Below are positions 36,710 through 45,789 of a stretch of 64,000 nt of DNA, piece by piece. A program made the translations under genes and the position numbers. Below the pieces are notes generated by a model that saw only the letters and a list, made by a program, of their open reading frames with translations, was not told the origin of the DNA and made no database searches. This DNA is from a virus (Duplodnaviria; Heunggongvirae; Uroviricota; Caudoviricetes), in the IMG/VR virus record IMGVR_UViG_3300029935_000001, positions 137,867 through 201,866 of that record; one strand, written 5' to 3'. How positions within the stretch are numbered: the first letter of the stretch is position 1; each line of letters opens with the position of its first letter.

Positions 36710-38185
36710 ATGCCACATTGTAAAATTATCATTGCCGACGAAGTCAACTGTAAAATTACTGACTTGTCGTTGGATGCGCGAAAAAAGCTAGTCTCGTTGT
36801 TTAAATATGAGCTGCCTGGCGCCCGCTATCTTCCAGCAGTGCGACTTGGGCGGTGGGATGGCAAAGTGGCGTTTTTTAATCTTGGCGGCACCACATACAT
36901 CAACTTACTGCCTGAGATCTTACCGATCTTAGATCAATACAACTACACTTATGAACTTGAGGATTTGCGCGAATATTCAAATTCGTTTGCCTTTCCTACA
37001 GTCACCGCCGGCGAGCACAGCGCATTTAACTGGCCTCCAGGTCATTTTAAAGAAGGTGAACCTATTGAACTAGACGAGCACCAAGTTGAAGTTATTAACT
37101 CGTTTTTTTCAAACCCGCAGTCAATGACACAAGCGTCAACTGGCGCGGGCAAAACAATTATAACAGCCACTCTATCCAAACACGTCGAGCCCTACGGTAA
37201 GTCGATTGTTATTGTACCAAACAAGTCACTGGTCACGCAAACCGAGTCGGACTACAAACTCATCGGCCTCGATGTTGGTGTTTACTTTGGTGATCGCAAA
37301 GAAGTTGGGCACCAGCACACTATCTGCACTTGGCAAAGCTTGTCGTCGATGCAACGCGCAGCCAAGAAAGGCGAAGAACGTCCGTACGAGCTAGCAGACA
37401 TTCTCGACGGCGTAGTAGCCGTTATTGTCGACGAGGCCCACGGAGTGCGCGGCGACGATTTAAAGAATATGCTGGCTGGCCCAATGGCACATATTCCAAT
37501 TCGATGGGGCCTTACTGGCACCATCCCTAAGGAAAAGTTTGCTGCTACCGCGCTTAAAGTGTGTATTGGCGAAGTGGTGTCACGCGTAACTGCTGCTGAA
37601 CTTCAAGACAAGGGGTTTTTAGCAAACTGTCATGTTAATATAGTACAGCTTCAAGATCACGCAGAATTCAAAACATATCAACAAGAGTTGGCTTATTTGG
37701 TTGGTAATGATGATCGCTTAGATTACCTAGCAAAGCTAATCACAAAAATTGCTTCCGAAAATAATACGCTGATCTTAGTAGACCGCATCTCCACAGGGCA
37801 AGTTTTACAAGCCTACATCGCGGAGCACCTAGGAGTGGAGGTTTCGTTTGTAAGCGGTAGCACCAAAGGAACTAAGCGCACCGAAGAATACAAAAGCATT
37901 GCTTCGGCCGACGGCAAAGTGATTATTGCCACATACGGGGTAGCAGCAGTGGGGTTAAATATTCCACGTATATTCAATTTGGTTATGTTAGAGCCAGGGA
38001 AGTCGTTTGTTCGAGTTATTCAGTCTATTGGCCGCGGGCTGCGTAAAGCACACGACAAAGATCATGTTGAGATTTGGGATCTTACAAGTTCTTGCAAATT
38101 TTCAAAGCGGCACCTTACACAACGGAAACAATTTTATGCCGAAGCTGAATACAAATATAGCATGGAGAAAGTCGAATGGAAATAA
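36710..38185 (+). CDS. uvsW: SF2 DNA helicase (UvsW-like)
   Basis: STGAGKT, IVDEAH, GLTGT, ATYGVAAVGLNIP, QSIGRGLR. Confidence 0.9.
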   Translation: MPHCKIIIADEVNCKITDLSLDARKKLVSLFKYELPGARYLPAVRLGRWDGKVAFFNLGGTTYINLLPEILPILDQYNYTYELEDLREYSNSFAFPTVTAGEHSAFNWPPGHFKEGEPIELDEHQVEVINSFFSNPQSMTQASTGAGKTIITATLSKHVEPYGKSIVIVPNKSLVTQTESDYKLIGLDVGVYFGDRKEVGHQHTICTWQSLSSMQRAAKKGEERPYELADILDGVVAVIVDEAHGVRGDDLKNMLAGPMAHIPIRWGLTGTIPKEKFAATALKVCIGEVVSRVTAAELQDKGFLANCHVNIVQLQDHAEFKTYQQELAYLVGNDDRLDYLAKLITKIASENNTLILVDRISTGQVLQAYIAEHLGVEVSFVSGSTKGTKRTEEYKSIASADGKVIIATYGVAAVGLNIPRIFNLVMLEPGKSFVRVIQSIGRGLRKAHDKDHVEIWDLTSSCKFSKRHLTQRKQFYAEAEYKYSMEKVEWK

Positions 38186-38234
38186 TAAACAATTCTACCC
38201 CGATGCATAAATATATGCGTGTAAGGAGATCCCA

Positions 38235-38951
38235 GTGTTTAAGTCAAATAAGTATAAACGGTGGTATGACAGTATAATTAGCAACGCAAAGGAACGGACC
38301 CTAGATGGGTATGTAGAAAAACATCATATTATTCCGCGATGTATGGGCGGGAGTGATGACCGCAACAACTTAGTTGAACTAACGGCACGCGAACATTTTA
38401 TATGTCATTGGTTGCTACCGAAATTTGCGTCTACAACCTTTTACAAAAAGAAGATGCTTAATGCGCTTGGAAGGTTTTTACAAAAGACTACAAAGCAAGA
38501 GCGTGTAATATCTAGTAGGCAATACGAGATAGCAAGAAAAGCGGTGTCTGAGGCAAATTCCGGTCGTGTATATTCTGATGTGTCTCGAAAGAAAATCAGC
38601 GACGCCAACAAAGGTCGGACGCCGTGGAATAAAGGGGTATTTGGCGCTCAACACTACCCCGAATCGGCTAAAGAGAAGCTAAGTAACCTGTATCTAAACA
38701 AAACGTTCGAAGATCGATTTGGCGATGACTTGGCTAACAAAATCAAGCAGAGAATCACCGAATCTAAGCTAGGGCAACCGTCAGGAATGTTAGGGAAAAC
38801 GCATTCCGAAGCTACTAAACAACTGATGCGGCAGAAGGCAACCGGCAGACGCTACGCTCAACAGAGACATGCGGTTTGCCCTGCGTGCGGAACCGAATCG
38901 GTAACTGGCCGCCATATCAAATATTGTAAACTGCGAAATAATACCGTTTAG
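38235..38951 (+). CDS. Free-standing HNH homing endonuclease with NUMOD3-like repeats
   Basis: NKYKRWY..EKHHIIPRCMGG..N.V.LTAREHFICHWLL; GKTHSEATKQ; TAAATA at 38208. Confidence 0.88.
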   Translation: MFKSNKYKRWYDSIISNAKERTLDGYVEKHHIIPRCMGGSDDRNNLVELTAREHFICHWLLPKFASTTFYKKKMLNALGRFLQKTTKQERVISSRQYEIARKAVSEANSGRVYSDVSRKKISDANKGRTPWNKGVFGAQHYPESAKEKLSNLYLNKTFEDRFGDDLANKIKQRITESKLGQPSGMLGKTHSEATKQLMRQKATGRRYAQQRHAVCPACGTESVTGRHIKYCKLRNNTV

Positions 38952-38988
38952 TCTTGAAAAGATTGACTGGAAGAAGTAATCGCTTTGG

Positions 38989-39017
38989 TTGCTTTTTACT
39001 AACCCCTACACTATAAT
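38989..39017 (+). promoter_or_regulatory. Sigma70-type promoter, probably leaderless transcript
   Basis: TTGCTT-N17-TATAAT; ATG only 5 nt downstream; no SD. Confidence 0.7.
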
Positions 39018-39022
39018 TAACT

Positions 39023-39526
39023 ATGAAGATCCTTTCCCTTAACACCAACTCTGCTTTTGAACTAGACACACTACCAGACTCAGCTGACGACCTTAGGTTT
39101 GCAGTGTTTGACAATTCCGACCCTGCTGCTCCTGATTATCATTACATTCCTCTTATATTTTTAGAGTCGTTTTCCTCGCCAGCATTAGTGCTGCAAATTG
39201 GCAATCACAGGATTAAAATGCCAGTGGATTGGCAAATTTTAATTGGCGAAAAAGAGTTTGGAGACCTCGAAGTGCTACCGCTCACTTCGATTAATGATCG
39301 CGGGTTTAGCGCATTTGCATTCAACCCACGCACAAGCTTTAAACCAGAATTTCTTCCTATTGATATTATTGATGTTTATCACGAAGTGTCTTGGTATGCT
39401 CCAAAACTAAAAAATGGACAAATGCTAGCAGTGCCACTTTCAAACGAGCCCGGCGCCCTTTGCGTATATTTTGTCAAAGACATTTCGCGCAACTGCGAAG
39501 TGGTTAATTACCAACAGTGCTGGTAA
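39023..39526 (+). CDS. Conserved phage hypothetical protein
   Basis: 167-aa beta-rich ORF. Confidence 0.7.
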   Translation: MKILSLNTNSAFELDTLPDSADDLRFAVFDNSDPAAPDYHYIPLIFLESFSSPALVLQIGNHRIKMPVDWQILIGEKEFGDLEVLPLTSINDRGFSAFAFNPRTSFKPEFLPIDIIDVYHEVSWYAPKLKNGQMLAVPLSNEPGALCVYFVKDISRNCEVVNYQQCW

Positions 39527-39529
39527 ACC

Positions 39530-40207
39530 ATGGCCGAGACTAAATCGAAAAAGAAAAAAGTAAAAGAGCCTACCCGAGATTTATCACTTGGCGTAAGCGA
39601 TAACTTTGCGTTTGACTACAAAATCCGCGAACACGAAACCGAGACTGTTGCTAAAGAAGAGGACAACTATTTTAAAGAGTTGCAAGAAATCCTCGAAGCG
39701 CTTGACAACAAAGATCGTACTTATTATCGCAGGCTCACTGCCGAACGCCAAAAGCGAGTACCGTTTTATTTGCTCTTGCGCTATATGAGCACAGTCACTG
39801 GCGATTCTTCTAAGGCTTGGGTTAAAAAAGAAAACTACACTAGTAATCCGCTTCTCGAATCGTATTATATTCAATCAACTAATGCTGCTGCTAACAAGCA
39901 TTTCTTTGACACTAAAATGGACGGGAGCGACGACGACCAACCCGAGCTTAAATGGCTGATGCTGACAGCGGCGTCGCCGGGTATGGGCACATGGAAGCAT
40001 CCGTGGCTTGCAAAGATGCCCGAAAGTTTGCTAAAGAAAGAACTCGCCGACGCCGAAAAACGCAAAGACAAAAAACGAGTAGAAAAGCTAGCTGTATTGG
40101 CTCGGCAACATCCTACTGCCAAAGAAGATGAAATATTACTATTAGCAGAGATTACAACAGATGACGAAATCCGCGACTACCTTAGAAGATGTGGTCAAGA
40201 GTCTTAA
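39530..40207 (+). CDS. Candidate clamp-loader small subunit (gp62-like)
   Basis: LLLRYMS..N...NKHF...PELKW.ML..PG.G..HPWL pattern; replication context. Confidence 0.45.
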   Translation: MAETKSKKKKVKEPTRDLSLGVSDNFAFDYKIREHETETVAKEEDNYFKELQEILEALDNKDRTYYRRLTAERQKRVPFYLLLRYMSTVTGDSSKAWVKKENYTSNPLLESYYIQSTNAAANKHFFDTKMDGSDDDQPELKWLMLTAASPGMGTWKHPWLAKMPESLLKKELADAEKRKDKKRVEKLAVLARQHPTAKEDEILLLAEITTDDEIRDYLRRCGQES

Positions 40208-40901
40208 CATAAAAAAACCAGTTGGACAGTTTGTTTGTAAGTATTGCAACAAAGGGTTCGCTCGCGAAAGTTCGCTGGCTGTTCACTTGTGTGAAAAAAA
40301 GAAACGGCATCAAGACAAAAACGAGCCCGGCATTCGGCTAGCGTTTCGGACATTTACTCGATTTTACGAAACTACGCAAACTGCAACAAAGCCGCGGACT
40401 TTCGATGATTTTGTTGACAGTCCGTATTACACAGCGTTTGCTAAATTTGGACGATATATGGTTGCGGTCAATGCAATCAATCCTCCTGCGTTTATTGAGT
40501 GGATTTTAAACTCGCAAAAGAAAATAGACCGGTGGGCGTCTGATCGAGTGTACGAAGAATATCTTGCGTATTATATAGTTCACGAAAATGTTAGCGATGC
40601 ACTCGAGCGCGGTATTACACATGCAATGTCTTGGGCAGAAGCAAATAATAGCCAAGTCAGCGATTATTTCCGATACGCATCGCCAAACAGTATTTGTCAG
40701 AGTATTAGCACAGGAAAAATCTCGCCGTGGATTTTGTACAGCTCAACACAAGGCCAGGCATTTCTTGACACCAAGCTTAATGCCGATCAAATTAAATTAA
40801 TTTGGCCGGTGATTAACCCAGACGTGTGGGCGCCACGGATTAACAAGCATCGCGACGATTGGGAGTTTGCTAAACAAATGCTGGCAGGAGTAGGATGGTG
40901 A
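40161..40901 (+). CDS. Zinc-finger-containing protein
   Basis: FVCKYCNKGFARESSLAVHLC. Confidence 0.65.
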   Translation: MTKSATTLEDVVKSLNIKKPVGQFVCKYCNKGFARESSLAVHLCEKKKRHQDKNEPGIRLAFRTFTRFYETTQTATKPRTFDDFVDSPYYTAFAKFGRYMVAVNAINPPAFIEWILNSQKKIDRWASDRVYEEYLAYYIVHENVSDALERGITHAMSWAEANNSQVSDYFRYASPNSICQSISTGKISPWILYSSTQGQAFLDTKLNADQIKLIWPVINPDVWAPRINKHRDDWEFAKQMLAGVGW

Positions 40902-41497
40902 CCACACGCTTTTCGTCGGATATTGATATTGATATAGCTAATCGAGACCAATTATTGGCGCAAGTTCCACACACTAAAGCGTCAATGTGGCACTCAGGGA
41001 GTATGCGGGCACATAACTCAGGGTTTTACCCTACCCCTATTCCGTACGATCCTATTATTGGTGCTGCTGCAATCGATTACGTAGAAGCGGAGCAACGCGG
41101 GTACGTAAAAATTGACCTACTAAATATGTCAGTTTACGACCAAGTAAAGTCTGTAACGCACCTAGAACAGTTAATGGCAATGGAGCCACCGTGGCATAAG
41201 CTGCAACATAAAAGTTTTTGCGAAAAGGTGATTCACATCGGCAACTGGCATTCGACTATTATTCAGTTGCCGGAACCGCTAGATTCGATTCCGAGACTGA
41301 TGATGTTCTTGGCAATAATCCGCCCTGGCAAAAAACACCTAATAGGAAAACCGTGGCGAGAAATTGGCCAAACAGTGTGGAACAAAGCCGACGACGGGTT
41401 CAGCTTTAAAAAAGCGCACGCGTGCGCTTATGCACACCTTGTTACTGTGCATATGAATCTTCTGAATCAGAAAGTCAAGGACGTTTCACCAATGTAA
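40895..41497 (+). CDS. Minimal family-C (DnaE-like) polymerase catalytic domain
   Basis: SDIDID, HNSGFY, GYVKIDLL, AIIRPG, FSFKKAHACAYA in 200 aa. Confidence 0.75.
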   Translation: MVTTRFSSDIDIDIANRDQLLAQVPHTKASMWHSGSMRAHNSGFYPTPIPYDPIIGAAAIDYVEAEQRGYVKIDLLNMSVYDQVKSVTHLEQLMAMEPPWHKLQHKSFCEKVIHIGNWHSTIIQLPEPLDSIPRLMMFLAIIRPGKKHLIGKPWREIGQTVWNKADDGFSFKKAHACAYAHLVTVHMNLLNQKVKDVSPM

Positions 41498-41849
41498 TCG
41501 ACTTGCGTTTAGATCGGCGTTTAACCAGTTCGCCAAGAGAGGTACAAGGGCCGTGTATTATTTCTAAGTCTTTGTTAGTAAAAGTTCTAATATACGGTTT
41601 AAACACAGACCAGTCGGCCTTGAGAAAAATGTTAATAGGTATTTGCCTATTGGACTCTTCCCACCATTCTGCTGCTAAGTCAAGAAAGAGCCGCTTTAAG
41701 TGCGGCTCAACAACATCCCCAAAATCGTAGATGGTTGTAATAAAATCGTCACGATTTTGAATGACTCCAACATACTCGTTTCCGCCGTATTGACATATAG
41801 TAATGAAAGGAAACTGTTCGGCTAATTTTTTTATTATTGTTTGATCCAT
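41475..41849 (-). CDS. Conserved hypothetical protein
   Basis: 124-aa ORF (FPFITI..YGGNEYVG..WWEESNRQIPINIFL) filling the gap. Confidence 0.7.
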   Translation of the reverse strand: MDQTIIKKLAEQFPFITICQYGGNEYVGVIQNRDDFITTIYDFGDVVEPHLKRLFLDLAAEWWEESNRQIPINIFLKADWSVFKPYIRTFTNKDLEIIHGPCTSLGELVKRRSKRKSITLVKRP

Positions 41850-41869
41850 AAATATGTGTGGAGATAGAA

Positions 41870-42658
41870 ATGTATTCGACTCAAATTTATTTATATAATC
41901 AAAAACATGTGGTTTTGCTCAGCGACGATTATTACGAGTCGGCATACGATTTAAGGTGGCGTCCAGTGTACTCAAAAAATTTAAAGCTCAACAAAGGCGT
42001 TGATAACGTAATACTTTTTCAATTCCTAAACCAAAATCAAAAACCCGTTGACATTAGCGATTCCGAATTGACCTTTCGACTGTTGGATCAAGAGGGTCAG
42101 CAAGTTTTACTAACGCTACCTATGGAGGTAGTAGATGCTGCTAAGGGCAAAGCTCGCTTGGCAGTGCGCGCAACTGATACATATCAGCTGCCTCCACAGG
42201 TTTGTTCATATAGTATTACTCGTGCGCGAATTGAAGAGCAACACTTGCCTGACTCGGCGATAATTGGGGTGGATTTAGTCGAAGCGTCTTACATCGACGA
42301 CCACGCTGGCGCGCGCGGTGTAATTGAAGTTCTCGATTCAGTATTACCTACTGCAATTCCGAGCACAGTGGTGTCTATTCCTGATCAGTATCAATTCGAA
42401 AACGACCCTATCTATACTAGCACAGTTTCTCGGGCTACAAACGGGATCACAACCTTCCAACTGTTTTTTGATCAATTCCAAGGCCAGGTTATTGTCGAAG
42501 GCTCGGTGAGTCCATATGGTTCTTGGATCGAGTGCTCGGATGCAGTTATTGTCACTGATCAAGCGTCGATTTGTATCAACGGCGAAGGTCATTTTAACCA
42601 GCTTCGGTTAAAGATTATTTCTACAGCCGGCTCTATTACCAAAATTCTTGCACGCTAA
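41870..42658 (+). CDS. Putative structural Ig/BppU-like protein
   Basis: KGVDNVILFQFLNQNQKPVD beta-rich pattern; TAAATA 41849 and GGAG. Confidence 0.55.
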   Translation: MYSTQIYLYNQKHVVLLSDDYYESAYDLRWRPVYSKNLKLNKGVDNVILFQFLNQNQKPVDISDSELTFRLLDQEGQQVLLTLPMEVVDAAKGKARLAVRATDTYQLPPQVCSYSITRARIEEQHLPDSAIIGVDLVEASYIDDHAGARGVIEVLDSVLPTAIPSTVVSIPDQYQFENDPIYTSTVSRATNGITTFQLFFDQFQGQVIVEGSVSPYGSWIECSDAVIVTDQASICINGEGHFNQLRLKIISTAGSITKILAR

Positions 42659-42682
42659 CCTACTGATCAATTACAATTAACT

Positions 42683-43657
42683 GTGATTGATATTCTTTCT
42701 GTTCTACCCTCAAAGCGTCGTCGAACACCCAAGGGCTGGTGGTCCTTTAACTGCCCAGTGTGCCATTTGCACGGGCACTCGCGCGACAAACGCTCTCGCG
42801 GCGGTATGCATATCGAACCCGATGGTGCTTGGTCGTACAGTTGCTTTAACTGTAATCACAAGGCGCGGTTTGTGCCTGGCGAGGTGTTGTCTCGGAAAGC
42901 GCGACAGTTGCTAATAGCGCTAGGACTTAGCGAAGACGATATTACAAGCATTAACCTCGAAAGCGTGCGGATACGAGGGTTGCTTAACTATATCGAAAAG
43001 CCTAAGTTTGAATTTAAGCGCCCAACATTTCAGCCACTTGCAGAACTGCCCGGCGAGCTCTTGGATCCATCAAACCCAGCACACCAAGAGCATTACGAAT
43101 ATGTTCGCCAGCGGCGAATTGACCTTACTCAATTCCCGTTCCTAGTAGACCTCAAAGCTGAGAGGCCTGGCATTATTATTCCGTTTACTATCGGCGGAAT
43201 GGTTGTAGGATATACCACCCGATATTTTGACAATCGAAAACCAAAGTATTTGTCTGTGCAGCCTGAGGGCTATATTTTTGGGTTAGATTGGCAACAACCA
43301 GATTGGACTGTTGCACTAGTAGTCGAAGGGCCGTTTGACGCTATGTCAATTAACGGTCTTGCTACTATGCACCAGGTTATGTCGCCCGAACAGTTGATGT
43401 TTATTAAATCGTTAGGAAAAGAAGTTATTGTAGTGCCCGATCAAAATGTGTCGGGTATGGAAATTGTTGACCAAGCGATCAACGAAGGGTTCAGTGTTTC
43501 TATTCCAGAGTGGCATCCTGGTATCACCGACGTTAACGAAGCTACTAAAGCTTACGGACGTCTTGGTGCGTTGCTAACTATACTTAGAAACAAAGAAAGT
43601 AACCCTATAAAGATAGAATTAAGGAGAAAGGCGCTTGCTCAAAGACTACTCGCCTGA
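42683..43657 (+). CDS. DNA primase (gp61-like)
   Basis: Zn-binding CPVC..CFNC; TOPRIM VEGPFDA..PDQ..G..DVNE. Confidence 0.85.
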   Translation: MIDILSVLPSKRRRTPKGWWSFNCPVCHLHGHSRDKRSRGGMHIEPDGAWSYSCFNCNHKARFVPGEVLSRKARQLLIALGLSEDDITSINLESVRIRGLLNYIEKPKFEFKRPTFQPLAELPGELLDPSNPAHQEHYEYVRQRRIDLTQFPFLVDLKAERPGIIIPFTIGGMVVGYTTRYFDNRKPKYLSVQPEGYIFGLDWQQPDWTVALVVEGPFDAMSINGLATMHQVMSPEQLMFIKSLGKEVIVVPDQNVSGMEIVDQAINEGFSVSIPEWHPGITDVNEATKAYGRLGALLTILRNKESNPIKIELRRKALAQRLLA

Positions 43658-45077
43658 TGTTCAAAAGCTTTTTATTGATTTTATGTTAGCTGACGCACAG
43701 AATTATGTTCGCGTCCAAAACATTTTTAACACTGAAAACTTTCACCGCACGCTCAAACCCACTGTTGAATTTATCAAAGAGCATTCTGATAAGTTTAAGG
43801 CATTACCAGACCCTCACCAGTTAAAAGCAACCACCGGGTATGTTTCTACACCAATACCCGATGCGACTGAAAGTCACGTTGAATGGTTTTTGACAGAATT
43901 TGAAAACTTCACCAAACGTAAAGAGATTGAGCGTGCAATTGGTAAAGCAGTAGACTTGTTAGAAAAGGGTGAGTTTGACCCCGTTGAAAAGTTGATCAAA
44001 GATGCGGTTCAGATATCACTCACCAAGGATATGGGCACCGACTACTTTGCCGACCCAAGGGCCCGACTAACACGAATTAAAGACCGCAGCAACCAAGTGA
44101 CCACCGGGTGGCGCGACCTTGACCAGTTGCTATACGGCGGGTTCAACCGTGGCGACTTACAAATCTTTGCCGGCGGCTCTGGGTCAGGTAAATCTCTGGT
44201 CATGCAAAATCTAGCAGTCAACTGGACTTACTTAGGGCTTAATGGAGTTTACATTTCACTTGAACTGTCGGAAGATCTATGCTCAATGCGAATGGACTCG
44301 ATGTTTACAAAGACGCCAGCTCGAGAAGTATTACGGAGCATTGACGACGTTGAACTCAAGCTCAAGGTCTTGTCTAAGAAATACGGTCAGCTACGTATCA
44401 AGTATTTGCCAGCGCAAAGCACAGTTAATGATATTAGGTCATACCTCAAAGAGCTACAAATCCAAACCGGTATGCGCCCTGATTTTGTATGTGTTGACTA
44501 CTTAGACCTGTTAATGCCCGTGTCGGCAAAAGTAAGCCCCAACGATTTGTTTGTTAAAGACAAGTATGTGTCGGAAGAGTTGCGCAACTTTGCTAAAGAA
44601 TGGAACGTGTTGTTTGTAACTGCGTCGCAGCTAAACCGATCGGCCGTTGAAGAGGTTGAGTTTGATCACTCGCATATCTCCGGCGGTATTTCGAAGATCA
44701 ACACAGCAGACAACGTATTCGGCATCTTTACTAGTCGAGCAATGCGCGAGCGTGGCCGTTATCAGATTCAAGCAATGAAAACGCGATCGTCGTCGGGTGT
44801 TGGTCAAAAGATTGAACTGTCGTTTGACATTGATTCGTTGCGCATCGAAGACCTTGACGAGGATGCCGCAAGCAGTGCCGCTTCGATGTCGCCGGTGACA
44901 TCGATTATGTCAAAGATTAAAGGAACCGGGAGCAGCTTAGGAGCAGCCAGTGGACCAAAAGAAACTGTGGACCCAACAACTGGTGAGATATTTAACAAAG
45001 CGCCAGCGAAACCAGCAGCGCCCGTTGGCGACCAGTCATCAAAGCTCAAGCAAATGCTTGCAAATATTAAGACTTGA
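43635..45077 (+). CDS. Replicative helicase (DnaB/gp41-like)
   Basis: GGSGSGKS, SLELSE, VDYLDL, TASQLNR, KTRSS. Confidence 0.9.
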   Translation: MLKDYSPDVQKLFIDFMLADAQNYVRVQNIFNTENFHRTLKPTVEFIKEHSDKFKALPDPHQLKATTGYVSTPIPDATESHVEWFLTEFENFTKRKEIERAIGKAVDLLEKGEFDPVEKLIKDAVQISLTKDMGTDYFADPRARLTRIKDRSNQVTTGWRDLDQLLYGGFNRGDLQIFAGGSGSGKSLVMQNLAVNWTYLGLNGVYISLELSEDLCSMRMDSMFTKTPAREVLRSIDDVELKLKVLSKKYGQLRIKYLPAQSTVNDIRSYLKELQIQTGMRPDFVCVDYLDLLMPVSAKVSPNDLFVKDKYVSEELRNFAKEWNVLFVTASQLNRSAVEEVEFDHSHISGGISKINTADNVFGIFTSRAMRERGRYQIQAMKTRSSSGVGQKIELSFDIDSLRIEDLDEDAASSAASMSPVTSIMSKIKGTGSSLGAASGPKETVDPTTGEIFNKAPAKPAAPVGDQSSKLKQMLANIKT

Positions 45078-45110
45078 TTTGCTAAATATAGTAAAAGCTT
45101 TTTGAGAACT

Positions 45111-45359
45111 ATGCAGAAACGAACTAAATCCATTCTCGATGAACTTGACGCGTATTATCCTAACAAAGATAAAACTCACGTGTTTGAGTCTCGGGCTTCA
45201 AATATTATTGCCAGCGCCATCCGTTTGCTTGAGCAAATCGAAGCGCAGTATTCTGCTGAGCAGGCTGAGAATCTATCTCGCAAGTTTCTCAATGCTATAC
45301 GAGCTAAAGACGCCGCTAGGTTTACGCGCTCGTTAAGGAAAACTGATGAAAATAAATGA
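45111..45359 (+). CDS. Conserved hypothetical protein
   Basis: TAAATA 45083; TKSILDEL..FTRSLRK. Confidence 0.65.
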   Translation: MQKRTKSILDELDAYYPNKDKTHVFESRASNIIASAIRLLEQIEAQYSAEQAENLSRKFLNAIRAKDAARFTRSLRKTDENK

Positions 45360-45789
45360 AATTATTAACGAAGCGTCGTGGAGCGATGTGATTAATGCAT
45401 ATAAGACTCAAGCTTCGATAAACAAAACAGACCAACAAGCGCAATGGGCAGATTTTAAAAAAAAGCTAACACCATTTGCAGGCACTGCTGAAAAAATTGC
45501 TCGAGCTCGGATTAATCAGTTAGCCGATCAGCTAGTAGATCGTTGGCAAAAAGAAGTTGCAACCTCGGGCAATCTAACTATTCCGCAGTATCAAAATAAA
45601 TTAGCAACTTGGTTAGGACACCAGCTTAAAGGTCGTGTATCGCCTACGGGTGTTCAAGAAGTTGTAGACTCTAATGACCCCAAAAAAGTGCGCGAGTATT
45701 TAACCAATTATTTGCTACCAGACAAATTCCGTGTCAAACGCCCGGATACAAGTTCTGATTCGACACCAACAGGAGCGCCGACTACATGA
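45346..45789 (+). CDS. Putative head-associated protein
   Basis: N-terminus MKINEIINEA. Confidence 0.55.
   Translation: MKINEIINEASWSDVINAYKTQASINKTDQQAQWADFKKKLTPFAGTAEKIARARINQLADQLVDRWQKEVATSGNLTIPQYQNKLATWLGHQLKGRVSPTGVQEVVDSNDPKKVREYLTNYLLPDKFRVKRPDTSSDSTPTGAPTT

Noticed and set aside
43635-45077. Intein in the helicase, RNR or ligase
   Set aside because: Catalytic motifs are contiguous; no intein blocks found.
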